From NCBI GenBank assembly GCA_003661865.1, contig QMWY01000001.1, forward strand, positions 1 through 30,698: a stretch of DNA of 30,698 nt, read 5' to 3'. Both the position numbers and the translations under genes were made by a program. The notes beneath the pieces are model-generated. The model did not search any database. It was not told the DNA's origin and saw only the letters and a program-made list of their open reading frames with translations. Position 1 is the stretch's first letter, and each line of letters begins with the position of its first letter. The DNA is from Thermoprotei archaeon. GTDB lineage: Archaea > Thermoproteota > Thermoprotei_A > Sulfolobales > Ignisphaeraceae. This document shows, piece by piece, positions 1 to 9,803 of the stretch.

Positions 1-525
1 CCTCCCCTTCGACTCCGTGTGCTCCAGGTCCTCCTCCCAGCCATAGCCCTTCTCAACGGCCCATTTCGACCCCACGGTTAGGACCTCGTCCAGCTCGCTA
101 CGGGTGAGCCTTAGCTTGCCCGTAGCGCCGACACCACTAGGCACGTTACGGAATAGCGTCTCTAGGAGCTCCTTGAGCTTAGGCCTCACCTCCTTCTCGG
201 TGAGGTCTGTGCGCAGGAGCCTAACACCACAGTTAATGTCGTAGCCTACACCCCCCGGACTAACGACCCCTGTTTCGAAGTCCATCCCGGCAACGCCACC
301 TATGGGGAAGCCGTAGCCTTGGTGCCCATCAGGCATCACGTAGGACGCGACAAGTATCCCGGGTAGGCATGCGACGTTAGCTGCCTGTTCAAGCGTTCTA
401 TCCTCCCTCATCTTCCTCAGCAGGAACTCGTCCGCGAAAATCACTGCATCAACTCGCATACACTTCTTGTAATCTCTCGGTATGACCCACGTGTACTCAT
501 CGACCCTCTTTAGGGGAGGTGCCAT
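1..525 (-). CDS. rtcB: RtcB RNA/tRNA-splicing ligase, 5' part (runs off the window start; not in the ORF track)
   Basis: Manual translation from ATG at 525: MAPPLKRVDEYTWVIPRDYKKCMRVDAVIFAD...EQAANVACLPG...MPDGHQGYGFPIGGVA...SPGGVGYDINCGVRLLRTDL. These are the RtcB signature motifs. Upstream SD GGTGGGTGAAGGAGG. Confidence 0.97.
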   Translation of the reverse strand, partial: MAPPLKRVDEYTWVIPRDYKKCMRVDAVIFADEFLLRKMREDRTLEQAANVACLPGILVASYVMPDGHQGYGFPIGGVAGMDFETGVVSPGGVGYDINCGVRLLRTDLTEKEVRPKLKELLETLFRNVPSGVGATGKLRLTRSELDEVLTVGSKWAVEKGYGWEEDLEHTESKGR

Positions 526-569
526 CCTCCTTCACCCACCATACCTAGTCTTACTTCTCGCGCTGGGGA

Positions 570-576
570 TTATAAA
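570..576. promoter_or_regulatory. TATA-like box between divergent rtcB and MBL genes
   Basis: TTATAAA lies about 45-48 nt from both start codons. Confidence 0.4.
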
Positions 577-623
577 GAGGAGTTGTATTAACGGTGTTAT
601 AGGGGGCGATTACCTGGGAGGCC

Positions 624-1259
624 ATGACAGAGGATGTTCTGCGATTTGTAGTGGGTCCTTTTAGGAGCAACATGTACGTCGTCATCTTAAGAGGAGGCGA
701 CGCCATAGTCGTAGACCCAGGGCCCGGGGGCTTCTACAAGGTGCTGTACCTAGCGGATCGGGGGCTTGCAATGCCGCGATACGTTATCCTAACGCATGCC
801 CATTTCGATAGCGCTGCCGATGCCGAAGATATACGCGAGACCTTCTCGGCCAAGATCGTTATGCACGTAGGGGAGTTCTCTACATACCGCAACTCACGTA
901 TACTTGCCCAGGTCGCTGGCGTTAGGTGGCGCGATCCCCTACCCGACATAGCTCTTACGGGAGACTCCGTACTCGTAGTATCAGGCTACGAGCTTGTGCT
1001 CATCCATACTCCTGGCCATACCCCAGGCTCATTATCCCTGTACATACCACAGATAAACACCGTCTTCACAGGCGATCTCCTCCTAGGCAATGGTACCGTG
1101 GGCGCCGAGCCCGGCCTCGGTCTTGCTAAGGCCCTTCACTCGCTGAGAAAGCTGGTGAGACTTGTTCCGCAGAACGCGCGGCTCCTACCTGCGCGGGGTT
1201 CTCCTGGGGTTCTGGGCGATGCTTTTCGAATGGCGTTGATGCGTGCGGAGGGGGCGTGA
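624..1259 (+). CDS. Metallo-beta-lactamase-fold (glyoxalase II-like) protein with a degenerate second metal site
   Basis: VVDPG, ILTHAHFDS (HxHxDH with the last His replaced by Ser), HTPGHTPGS, FTGDLL, LPARG (canonical LPGHG). Confidence 0.85.
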   Translation: MTEDVLRFVVGPFRSNMYVVILRGGDAIVVDPGPGGFYKVLYLADRGLAMPRYVILTHAHFDSAADAEDIRETFSAKIVMHVGEFSTYRNSRILAQVAGVRWRDPLPDIALTGDSVLVVSGYELVLIHTPGHTPGSLSLYIPQINTVFTGDLLLGNGTVGAEPGLGLAKALHSLRKLVRLVPQNARLLPARGSPGVLGDAFRMALMRAEGA

Positions 1260-1264
1260 GGCGC

Positions 1265-1810
1265 TTAAGGCAGCACGTACTCTTGGGAAACCTCAATGCC
1301 CCTTAGCCTAAGCTTCTCTGCACACCTTCTGCAAAACACCGCCTGCTTGTAGTCCACCTCCATCACGGTATTGCTAAACCTCATTACGCACCTCGGACTG
1401 CCACAGTGATCGAGACCGAATAGGTGCCCGAGCTCGTGAAGGACCTCCTTGAGCACACGTGACTCGAACAAATCCTTATTAGGTGTGGCTAGCCTGTACA
1501 GGAACACCACGGCAGTCGCAATCGTGGGCATGGCTATTCCGAAAACGAAGTTCAGCCCAGGTACGTACCCATCCATATCCGTAACCCCTAAAACTATGCT
1601 ATCACCCCCATACCTCTCAGCAAGGTACACCGCTACAGCATCCGCACGTAGCTGATCGCGAAACCCGTTGTAGAGGTACGTAGGCAGTGCGTCTATGAGT
1701 AGGAGTTCCCCGACTTCAAGACTAGGAAATACCTCGCTTAGAAGCCCAACTACGCGACTCCTTAATAACGCTGAGCGACAGCCGTGGAGCACCAACCGGA
1801 GCCTATGCAC
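1265..1810 (-). CDS. amzA: Archaemetzincin Zn-dependent protease
   Basis: HELGHLFGLDHCGSPRCVMRFSN...FCRRC: HExxHxxGxxH plus the Cys4 Zn site and Met-turn. Confidence 0.92.
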   Translation of the reverse strand: MHRLRLVLHGCRSALLRSRVVGLLSEVFPSLEVGELLLIDALPTYLYNGFRDQLRADAVAVYLAERYGGDSIVLGVTDMDGYVPGLNFVFGIAMPTIATAVVFLYRLATPNKDLFESRVLKEVLHELGHLFGLDHCGSPRCVMRFSNTVMEVDYKQAVFCRRCAEKLRLRGIEVSQEYVLP

Positions 1811-1832
1811 CCTGCATCCCGGCCCTTAGCAT

Positions 1833-2297
1833 CTAGAGCGCTAGCCTATCGACGATCTCCCGAGCGATACGTGGCGTTAGGAACATTAGAAGCTCGCCAC
1901 TACCCCTACCAAGCTCCTGAGCGGAGAGTACAGCAGCTGAGCCTGCAGGCATCCGTACTCTGAAACCTAGCAGCTCCTCTACAACATCCTCTATGCTCGG
2001 CGCGTGCCCTACAAGCAGCGAACGATCACCTAAACCAAGCCCTAGTAGCTTTGCAAGGGTCGTTCCGGGTCTCAGCTCATCAACCACTCGTAGTTCAGCC
2101 CCATGGACCCTAGCCACGATCTCGCCCGTTTCGACAGCTCTCCTAAGGGGGCTTGTGTACACAATCCTTACGGGCGGCAGGAGCTTCGCGATCAGCTCAA
2201 CATCCCTACGACCCCCATCAGTTAACCTACGCTCCTCATCGCTAACACCAGCTCTCTTCTCCTCCGCCCGCCCATGCCTCATGAACACAACTATCAT
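1833..2297 (-). CDS. sixA: SixA-like histidine phosphatase
   Basis: N-terminal FMRHGRAE, YTSPLRRAVETG and LLVGHAP motifs. Confidence 0.88.
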   Translation of the reverse strand: MIVVFMRHGRAEEKRAGVSDEERRLTDGGRRDVELIAKLLPPVRIVYTSPLRRAVETGEIVARVHGAELRVVDELRPGTTLAKLLGLGLGDRSLLVGHAPSIEDVVEELLGFRVRMPAGSAAVLSAQELGRGSGELLMFLTPRIAREIVDRLAL

Positions 2298-2309
2298 ACG
2301 CCCACACCA

Positions 2310-2777
2310 CTAGCTGTACCTGAGCTCCACACCTATACTCTTTAACGCCCTTTTGATGCCCTCACGTATCTTAACACTGGTGTAGAACCTAGGCATGTCC
2401 CTACCCATGGCCAGAGCTAGCATGAGTACCCTCTCCTTCTCATCACCAGAGGCTCTCCTCAGAACAGGTGGTAGCGGTATCCCAACTTCCTTGATAACCA
2501 CGTAGCTAATCTCGCTCCAGCGCACGAACCTTGCTCTACCCATTCTCACAAGCTCGTTAAGTCCTTTACTGTTGTACGCCTCCCTGAACCTCTCCTTGTA
2601 TACGCGGAGCAGCTGCCTCTCAATACCCCGGGGCAGAGGTGGTCGACGCTTGAATATGCGTGGCATCCTCCCTAGGAACACTATGAAGAGCCCTAGATCC
2701 GTGAATACAAGGTCGTAATAGGTTCTGTACTCCCCCTCCTCACTGAACGCGCCATACACAGTCATCAACACACGCAT
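2310..2777 (-). CDS. Hypothetical protein (possibly PH-like fold)
   Basis: 155-aa ORF 12 nt upstream of sixA on the same strand. LVFTD..LFIV and VRWSEISYVVIK patterns resemble PH-like domains (weak). Confidence 0.7.
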   Translation of the reverse strand: MRVLMTVYGAFSEEGEYRTYYDLVFTDLGLFIVFLGRMPRIFKRRPPLPRGIERQLLRVYKERFREAYNSKGLNELVRMGRARFVRWSEISYVVIKEVGIPLPPVLRRASGDEKERVLMLALAMGRDMPRFYTSVKIREGIKRALKSIGVELRYS

Positions 2778-2846
2778 AGCACTCCTCGGCTTTCATAGAG
2801 AGTTTTAAGGCGTTGATAAATCTAGAGCTCTGGGTGGTGCTGCCGA

Positions 2847-3281
2847 ATGGCGATGCAGGGATGGGAGATCCCGCCGGAGTGGCGGAAGTTTAGGTACCGC
2901 GGCAAGACCTTGGAGGAGCTGCTTGAGATGCCTATGGATGAGCTAGTGGAGCTACTACCGGCTAGGGCAAGGAGGAGTCTTCGTCGGGGATTCACCCCTG
3001 AGCAGAGAACGCTTTTAGAGAAGGTGATAAAGGCGCGGAAGGCGCTGGCGGAGGGCAAGAACGTGGTGATCAAGACCCATGTCAGGGACATGATAGTACT
3101 GCCCATAATGGTTGGGCTGACTATAGCTGTGTTCAACGGTAAGGAGTTCGTACCCGTCAAGATCGTGCCTGAGATGATAGGTCATTACCTAGGGGAGTTC
3201 GCACCTACGACCAAGATAACTAAGCACGGAGAGCCCGGACTAAAGGCTACGAGGAGCACGCTCTTCGTAGCACTGAAGTAG
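2847..3281 (+). CDS. rps19p: 30S ribosomal protein uS19
   Basis: [69 protein letters not shown]. Confidence 0.98.
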   Translation: MAMQGWEIPPEWRKFRYRGKTLEELLEMPMDELVELLPARARRSLRRGFTPEQRTLLEKVIKARKALAEGKNVVIKTHVRDMIVLPIMVGLTIAVFNGKEFVPVKIVPEMIGHYLGEFAPTTKITKHGEPGLKATRSTLFVALK

Positions 3282-3336
3282 CGCCTAGGCGTAAATACTT
3301 TTAATCCCAATTACGCAGAGAGTTGTTGCGGGCTCA

Positions 3337-4011
3337 TTGACCCTAATTGTGGCTCTTGATCCTCCTCTGGAGGAGGACCCCATCAAGTGGAGCATCGGAA
3401 TAATTGAGAAGACCCGCGAGTACGTATCGGGCTTCAAGATAGGGCTCCCAATGCTGCTCAGAACGGGTGTGGATGCTGTTAAGCAGCTCACCGCTGCTAC
3501 AGGAGGGAGCAGCGTGATCGCGGACCTTAAGCTGGCTGATATAGGCTTTGTCATGTCACTGAGTGCCGCAGCACTTGCTAGGGCGGGTGTAAGGGGTGTT
3601 ATAGCCCATAGCTTCGTAGGTGTTAGGGACGCCCTCGACGCATTAAAGAGAACCTGTGAGCGTGAGGGCATGGACCTTATACTGGTGGTCGCTATGAGCC
3701 ATCGCGGCGCCGAGGAGGTTATGACGCCGGTTGTGGATAAGCTGCTAGGTATAGCAAAGGAGGTCGCTCCTTGGGGGGTGGTTCTGCCGGCTACTAAGCC
3801 AAGGCTTATACAGCGCGGGAGAAGGATACTAGGAGAGCACATCAAGATCCTGGCACCCGGTGTAGGGGCTCAGGGTGCGAGACCAGGCTCAGCGCTCTGC
3901 GCAGGTGCGGACTACGAGATCGTGGGGAGGGCTATTACGCGAGCTCCCGACCCAGCAGACGCCGTTTTGAGAATCAGGAAGGAGCAGATGGAGGTGGTTA
4001 AGACATGTTAG
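3337..4011 (+). CDS. pyrF: Orotidine-5'-phosphate decarboxylase
   Basis: LIVALD, GFKIG, DLKLADIG (DxKxxD), APGVGAQG, IVGRAI. TTG start. Confidence 0.97.
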   Translation: MTLIVALDPPLEEDPIKWSIGIIEKTREYVSGFKIGLPMLLRTGVDAVKQLTAATGGSSVIADLKLADIGFVMSLSAAALARAGVRGVIAHSFVGVRDALDALKRTCEREGMDLILVVAMSHRGAEEVMTPVVDKLLGIAKEVAPWGVVLPATKPRLIQRGRRILGEHIKILAPGVGAQGARPGSALCAGADYEIVGRAITRAPDPADAVLRIRKEQMEVVKTC

Positions 4012-4598
4012 AGGAGCTCGTAGAGATCATAATGAGGTACGGAATGTTCAAGGTAGGGAGGTTCAAGCTCTCCTCAGGTATCGAGAGCCCCTACTACATA
4101 GACCTTAGAAGGCTGTACAGCTACCCTGCAGAGGCAAGGAGAGTAGCCGAGGCGCTGCTGAAAGCTGTTGATACCGATTACGACATGATCATAGGTGTGG
4201 CAACCGCAGGGATCCCGCTAGCCACATACATGGCGTGTATAAGCTGCAAGCCCCTCGGCTACGTGAGGCTCAGCAGGAAGGGCCACGGAACCGAAAGCGT
4301 CGTAGAGGGCGTGGTGGAGGGGCGTAGGGTTCTAATAGTGGATGATGTGGCTACAACGGGGTCGAGCCTTGCAAGCGCTGTAGAGCTGCTGAAGTCGCAG
4401 GGAGCCACCCCGGTAGCGGTGGCTGTTGTTGTTGATAGAGAGCAGGGCGCTTCGAAACGCCTAGCATCAATGGGGGTGAGGTTCTACGCGCTCCTCACGA
4501 TCAGGAGGCTTATAAGCATCGCTAAGAGCAGGAGTCTTATAAGCGATAGCGATGCTAAGAGGGTTTTGGAGTACGTTGAGAAGTGGAGCAGAGATTAA
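4005..4598 (+). CDS. pyrE: Orotate phosphoribosyltransferase
   Basis: FKLSSGIESPYYIDLR, RKGHG, LIVDDVATTGSS PRPP loop, VVDREQG. Confidence 0.97.
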   Translation: MLEELVEIIMRYGMFKVGRFKLSSGIESPYYIDLRRLYSYPAEARRVAEALLKAVDTDYDMIIGVATAGIPLATYMACISCKPLGYVRLSRKGHGTESVVEGVVEGRRVLIVDDVATTGSSLASAVELLKSQGATPVAVAVVVDREQGASKRLASMGVRFYALLTIRRLISIAKSRSLISDSDAKRVLEYVEKWSRD

Positions 4599-4633
4599 AT
4601 ACCGGGGCGGGGTGAAGAAGTAGACTGGGCATT

Positions 4634-5557
4634 TTGGGTTTCCAAGGGCGCGACGTCATCTCTATACTCGACTTCACGAGGAATGATCTCGAGGAGCTGT
4701 TTGAGGTCGCTGACTACTACTTGAGGAATAGGCGCGCATATACGCTGCTCCAGGACTACGTTGTAGCGCTGGCGTTCTTCGAGCCCTCCACGCGTACGAG
4801 GCTGAGCTTCGAAACCGCAGCCAAGCTACTAGGAGCTAAGGTCATAGGTTTCACATCCGAGGAGGGGACCAGCATTGCTAAGGGCGAGAGCCTTGCAGAC
4901 ACCATAAGAATGCTCGACGCCTACGCCGATATCATCGTGATAAGGCATAGATACGAGGGGACCGCGCTCTTCGCAGCTGAGATAGCGGAGGACCCCGTGA
5001 TAAATGCCGGTGACGGCAAGCAGCACCACCCAACACAGGCGATGCTAGACCTGTACACCGTTAGGAGGCTATTCGGCACGATCGATGGGCTCACCTACGC
5101 AGTGGTAGGCGACCTCAGATACGGTAGGGCAGCGTCTTCGTTCATCTACGGCCTGACGCTGTTCAAGCCCAGGAAAATATACCTTGTGTCACCGCCCCTG
5201 CTCAGGGCCAGACCGGAGGTTCTAGAGACCCTAAGGGAGCGAGGTGTTAAGTTCGAAGAGGCGTCCCGCGTAGACGATGTTATAGAAGACGTGGATGTGC
5301 TCTACGTAACCCGCATACAGAAGGAGCGTTTCCCCGATCCTATAGAGTACGAGCGTGTTAAGGGCTCCTACAGGATAACGCTAAAGCTTCTTGAGAAGGG
5401 GAAGCGTGAGCTAAAGGTCCTACACCCCTTGCCGAAAGTGGATGAGATCGAGCCGGCTGTTGATAGCTCTAGGTATGCAGCCTATTTCACTCAGGCTTCA
5501 TTTGGCGTTCCCGTAAGAATGGCTCTCCTATCGCTAATAGCGGGTGTTAGACCATGA
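4634..5557 (+). CDS. pyrB: Aspartate carbamoyltransferase catalytic chain
   Basis: [42 protein letters not shown]. Confidence 0.98.
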   Translation: MGFQGRDVISILDFTRNDLEELFEVADYYLRNRRAYTLLQDYVVALAFFEPSTRTRLSFETAAKLLGAKVIGFTSEEGTSIAKGESLADTIRMLDAYADIIVIRHRYEGTALFAAEIAEDPVINAGDGKQHHPTQAMLDLYTVRRLFGTIDGLTYAVVGDLRYGRAASSFIYGLTLFKPRKIYLVSPPLLRARPEVLETLRERGVKFEEASRVDDVIEDVDVLYVTRIQKERFPDPIEYERVKGSYRITLKLLEKGKRELKVLHPLPKVDEIEPAVDSSRYAAYFTQASFGVPVRMALLSLIAGVRP

Positions 5558-6036
5558 ACCTAGGAGAACCCTCATCCCTCACAGTCTCCAAGATAAGGAA
5601 TGGGACAGTCATAGACCATATACCCGCGGGCAAGGCGCTGCTGGTGCTCAGGATCCTGGGTATCACCGGGCGTGAGGGTCTGAGAACAGCTGTGCTCATG
5701 AACGTAGAGAGCAAGAAGCTGGGGCGTAAGGACATCATAAAGATCGAGGGACGTGAGCTTACAAGCGATGAGGTTAACGTGATAGCCCTGGTAGCCCCCT
5801 CGGCAACCATAAATATCATCAGGAACTATACCGTGTACAAGAAGCTCAAGGTCACCATACCTCAGGAGATCAGGGGGTTCATAAGGTGCCCCAACCCTAC
5901 ATGCATAACTAATAGGCGTAGAGAGGGGTTGGTAACGCGCTTCAGGGTAGTTAAGAGAGAGCCCCTCACTCTTCAATGCGTCTACTGCGGAACTATGATA
6001 ACTCAGGAGGAGCTGGAGGACCTCATATCTATGTAG
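5554..6036 (+). CDS. pyrI: Aspartate carbamoyltransferase regulatory chain
   Basis: [18 protein letters not shown], Zn site CPNPTCIT...CVYC. ATGA overlap with pyrB. Confidence 0.97.
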   Translation: MNLGEPSSLTVSKIRNGTVIDHIPAGKALLVLRILGITGREGLRTAVLMNVESKKLGRKDIIKIEGRELTSDEVNVIALVAPSATINIIRNYTVYKKLKVTIPQEIRGFIRCPNPTCITNRRREGLVTRFRVVKREPLTLQCVYCGTMITQEELEDLISM

Positions 6037-6059
6037 CCCCGTAGCTGGGGCGGCGGCTA

Positions 6060-6839
6060 TTGAGGGGTGTGCCAAGGCCTGCAAGGGTAGCCGGTGTACG
6101 CAGGGTCTCACATAGCTACTGGTGGCTTACTATAGAGCTCGTTGAGGGCGTGTTGAACAGCAGCCCCGGGCAGTTCGTGATGGTATGGATCCCCCGGGTT
6201 AAGGAAGTGCCCATGAGCATAGCGTATGTGGAGCCCAACCGCAAGAGATTCTCGATATTCTTCAAGGTCGTTGGCAGGGGTACTAGGAGTATGTCCCAGC
6301 TACACCCGGGTTCAGCCATAACCGTTAAGGGGCCCCTCGGCAAGGGTATCTTGGATAGGATTAGGGGTGAGAACCCCCTGCTAGTCGGTGGGGGTACGGG
6401 GCTAGCTCCACTGATATACACCTACCACGCCCTTGCCTCAATGGGTCGCAGACCTGTAGTGGCTTGGGGTACGCCTAAGGGCTCTGACGCCCGCGCCGTT
6501 GAGAGCTTCCTGAGAAGTGCAATGGGTATGGATGTTCACGTAGCTAGTGACGACTGTACTTACGGTTTCTGCGGAACTGCTGTAGATCTGGCTATGAGGA
6601 TACTCAAGGAGCGTACGCCTAGCGACGTGATCGCTGCGGGCCCCAAGCCCATGCTGAGGAGCTTGGGGAAGAAGCTGCTTGCGAAGGGTATGGACCCCTT
6701 AATGCTCCTAGAATCAGAGGTGCGCTGCGGTATCGGCATGTGTGGTAGCTGCGTTATCCGGGGCACACCCTACCTGCTGTGCATCGACGGCCCTGGGTTT
6801 AGGTATAGTGAGGTGGTGAAGCATCTTGAGGATTCCTGA
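6060..6839 (+). CDS. pyrK: Dihydroorotate dehydrogenase electron-transfer subunit
   Basis: PGQFVMVW, KGPLGKG, GGGTGLAP, [2Fe-2S] motif CGIGMCGSC...CIDGP. Confidence 0.93.
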   Translation: MRGVPRPARVAGVRRVSHSYWWLTIELVEGVLNSSPGQFVMVWIPRVKEVPMSIAYVEPNRKRFSIFFKVVGRGTRSMSQLHPGSAITVKGPLGKGILDRIRGENPLLVGGGTGLAPLIYTYHALASMGRRPVVAWGTPKGSDARAVESFLRSAMGMDVHVASDDCTYGFCGTAVDLAMRILKERTPSDVIAAGPKPMLRSLGKKLLAKGMDPLMLLESEVRCGIGMCGSCVIRGTPYLLCIDGPGFRYSEVVKHLEDS

Positions 6840-8124
6840 GAGCAGCGTCTACACACTCTACGCACGTACGCTGTTCGATGGGGAACTCTATACAGTCTCC
6901 ATAGTCGTGGATGGCGACTACGTCAAGAGGCTATGCATCGGCACCTCTTGTAGGGAGGGTGAGGCTATAGATCTTGTCAGACCGGGTGTGGTGCTTCTTC
7001 CAGGAGCCATCGATATGCATGTGCATCTCAGAGGGCTTGAGCTGAACTATAAGGAGGATGAGGAGAGCGGTACCAAAGCCGCTGCGGCAGGAGGAGTGGT
7101 TCTAGTGGTCGACATGCCCAACACTGTTCCGAGGATAAACAGCGTTGAAGCGTTGAGGGCAAAGCTCCATAGCCTAGCCACCAGATCTTACGTAGATTTC
7201 GGTGTCTACGTAGGGTTCACACCCCATGTGGATGAGCTTAGAGCTATGCTCAGCGTAGGCGATGTGTTGGGGATGAAGCTCTATCCCGAGGATCTGCCAC
7301 GGTTAACGGATTCCCAGATAGACGCGGTCGCTAGGGCGGGTAAGCTACTCATAGTTCATTGCGAACATCCCAACCTCATCAGGGAGGGCTGTCCCGCGGG
7401 TAAGAGGGCTCTATGCAGACCTATAGATGCTGAACTTAGGTGTATCGAGGAGTACCACACGCGCTTCTCCACAGCTAGAACTCACATAACCCACATCACA
7501 TCTCCTCAGCTCCTGAGGCTTGCCCGCCGTAGAGGATTCACCACCGATACATGCCCGCACTACGTGCTGCTAAGCAGCGATGATGAGCGGAGGCTTGGGT
7601 GTTTAGCTAAGGTCAACCCTCCGCTGAGGCCTAGGTGCTTCGTAGAGGAGTTGCTGAGGCTCTTAGCTATGGGGTTCGTAGATGCATGGGTCACGGATCA
7701 CGCACCCCATACCCTTGAGGAGAAGTCATTACCATTCGAGGAGTGCCCCTCTGGAATAGCGGGTTTAGAAACTTCTCTACGCATACTCTTGACACTTCTG
7801 AACAAAGGTGTTGTTACGCTCAGGACAGTCGCTAGGCTAATAAACAAGTCCCCACGCAACATACTGGGATTAGAGAGTTACGCGTGTACGTATAGAGGCT
7901 GTGTTGCAAGCTTAACAGTTGTAGACCTCAAGCGTGAAGGCGTTGTAGACCCCAATAGGTTCTTCTCTAAGGCTAAGCTAAGCCCCTTCCAGGGGCTTCG
8001 CTACAAAGGTGAGCCCATAGCTACAATAGTTCACGGAAACTTTGTTTACGTAGAGGGCGAGATCGTGTCTAAACCTATCGGAAAGGGTGTTGGGGTGTAT
8101 GCCAGAAAGCATTCTGAGAGTTAG
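6826..8124 (+). CDS. pyrC: Dihydroorotase
   Basis: IDMHVHLR, DMPNT, HCEH, HITH, KVNPPLR, TDHAPH. Located in the pyr operon. Confidence 0.95.
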   Translation: MRIPESSVYTLYARTLFDGELYTVSIVVDGDYVKRLCIGTSCREGEAIDLVRPGVVLLPGAIDMHVHLRGLELNYKEDEESGTKAAAAGGVVLVVDMPNTVPRINSVEALRAKLHSLATRSYVDFGVYVGFTPHVDELRAMLSVGDVLGMKLYPEDLPRLTDSQIDAVARAGKLLIVHCEHPNLIREGCPAGKRALCRPIDAELRCIEEYHTRFSTARTHITHITSPQLLRLARRRGFTTDTCPHYVLLSSDDERRLGCLAKVNPPLRPRCFVEELLRLLAMGFVDAWVTDHAPHTLEEKSLPFEECPSGIAGLETSLRILLTLLNKGVVTLRTVARLINKSPRNILGLESYACTYRGCVASLTVVDLKREGVVDPNRFFSKAKLSPFQGLRYKGEPIATIVHGNFVYVEGEIVSKPIGKGVGVYARKHSES

Positions 8125-9016
8125 GATACCCGGTCTAGACCTGGTACATCCTGTGATGAATGCCAGCGGCATCCTCGGCTACGAGCCCGAGCACATAGAT
8201 AGGATGTATAGGTGGGGCCTATCAGCGATAGTAACCAAAACCATTACGCCCACTCCGCGTAGGGGCTATGAGGCCCCTATAATAATCGAGCTACCCTCAG
8301 GAGGCTTCCTAAACGCTGTAGGCTTAGCAAACCCTGGAAAGGAGCGCATACCCGACATAGTCAGCGCCTGCAGAAGAATAGGGCTTCCGGTAGTAGTCAG
8401 TGTAGGGGGAACCTCTGAGAACGAGTTCCTAGATGTAGCATCGATAGCTGAGGAGAGCGGGGCTAACGCTGTTGAGCTAAACCTCAGCTGCCCGCATACG
8501 AAGGGCTACGGCATGGATATAGGGTCGGACCCTAGCAACGTCCGAAGCGTTGTCAAGAGTGTTGCGCAGAGCCTGAAGATCCCCGTCTATGCGAAACTAG
8601 GGCTAAGCGATAACGTTGTTAAGTCTTCTGAGAAGGCTCTCGAGGCGGGTGCTACAGGTCTAACACTCATAAACACCGTTAAGGCTATGTACGTGGATGT
8701 GCACTCGCTCAAGCCCGTACTCACAAACGTCATGGGAGGGCTCTCCGGACCCCCCATACACCCCATAGCTGTTAGGGTGGTTTACGAGGTGTACAGGGAG
8801 CTGAAACCTGTAATCATAGGTGTTGGAGGGATATACGACTGGAGATCAGCTGCAGAGCTCATAGCTGTCGGCGCCTCCGCCTTGCAGATAGGCTCTATGC
8901 TAGCCCTCAAGGGTAAGGAGATCGTAGCTGAGGTGCTCAGAGGCCTTGAGAGATGGGTTAGGGAGAAGGGGGCGAAGAATATTAGTGAACTTGTTGGGGC
9001 AGCTCTGCGATCATGA
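8099..9016 (+). CDS. pyrD: Dihydroorotate dehydrogenase family 1B catalytic subunit
   Basis: MNASG, TKTIT, NAVGLANPG, ELNLSCPH (catalytic Cys), LINT, GGLSG, IIGVGGI. Start moved to ATG 8099, which follows GGGGTG. Confidence 0.96.
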   Translation: MPESILRVRIPGLDLVHPVMNASGILGYEPEHIDRMYRWGLSAIVTKTITPTPRRGYEAPIIIELPSGGFLNAVGLANPGKERIPDIVSACRRIGLPVVVSVGGTSENEFLDVASIAEESGANAVELNLSCPHTKGYGMDIGSDPSNVRSVVKSVAQSLKIPVYAKLGLSDNVVKSSEKALEAGATGLTLINTVKAMYVDVHSLKPVLTNVMGGLSGPPIHPIAVRVVYEVYRELKPVIIGVGGIYDWRSAAELIAVGASALQIGSMLALKGKEIVAEVLRGLERWVREKGAKNISELVGAALRS

Positions 9017-9019
9017 GCG

Positions 9020-9742
9020 CTAGTGCGCACCCTTCTTCCTACCGGTTCTCCTAGCAGCTATGTGCCCAACCTTTCTCCCAGGAGGCGCCCTTCTGCTAAC
9101 GGTCGTAGGCTTACTCTCACTCTGATGGCTGCCACCTCCGTGTGGATGCGATACTGCATTCATCGCCACACCGCGCACGCGTGGCCACTTCCTAGCCTTG
9201 ACCTTCCACTTGTGGTAAGCGGCGCCTGCCTTGAGCAGGGGCTTCTCGATCCTTCCACCACCCGCAGGTACGCCTATCGTTGCCCTAGCGGTTAGCGGTA
9301 GTAGCTTCTGCTTTCCGCTGGGGAGCTGGACTATAGCCTTATCCCGGGTCTTTCCTATAAGCACGGCAGCGGCTCCCGCACTTCTCGCAAGCTTTCCTCC
9401 GTCACCGGGCCTGATCTCTATGTTACAGATCCTCGTTCCCTCTGGGATCTCGCGGAGTGGAAGCACGTTACCTAAGCTCGGTCTAGCACCTGGGCCTATC
9501 TCTACCTCCTGACCAACCCTCAGGCCCTCTACAGCAACGTTGTAGAATTCACGTCCATCCTCAAGCACTATACGTGCTAGCGGCACCCACCTCCCAGGAT
9601 CATGGACAAGCTCAGCAACCACACCTCTTACCGCGTGCTCGGTTAGCGGCGGATACCTCGCAGGCGCTACCCTTAGGTGGCTGGGGCTTCTGAACGTTGG
9701 TGATCCTCTACCCATGCGCTGTACGAGTATTCTCTTACCCAT
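9020..9742 (-). CDS. rpl2p: 50S ribosomal protein uL2
   Basis: MGKRILVQRMGRGSP, HDPGR, PGDGGKLARSAG, WPRVRGVAMNAVSHPHGGG. Confidence 0.98.
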   Translation of the reverse strand: MGKRILVQRMGRGSPTFRSPSHLRVAPARYPPLTEHAVRGVVAELVHDPGRWVPLARIVLEDGREFYNVAVEGLRVGQEVEIGPGARPSLGNVLPLREIPEGTRICNIEIRPGDGGKLARSAGAAAVLIGKTRDKAIVQLPSGKQKLLPLTARATIGVPAGGGRIEKPLLKAGAAYHKWKVKARKWPRVRGVAMNAVSHPHGGGSHQSESKPTTVSRRAPPGRKVGHIAARRTGRKKGAH

Positions 9743-9803
9743 ATCCTATCACCACACTCAGGTCTATAGCACAGAGCTAAAAGATGCCGATAGCATGCTA
9801 TGC

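Noticed and set aside
1-525. Intein in RtcB at the GYDINC site
   Set aside because: The sequence runs directly DINC-GVRLLRT with no insertion.
9743-9803. 61-nt gap between rpl23 and rpl2 with a TAGCATGCTA palindrome and a CTGA on the minus strand
   Set aside because: No credible C or C' box and no stable long hairpin, so there is insufficient support for an sRNA or regulatory element.
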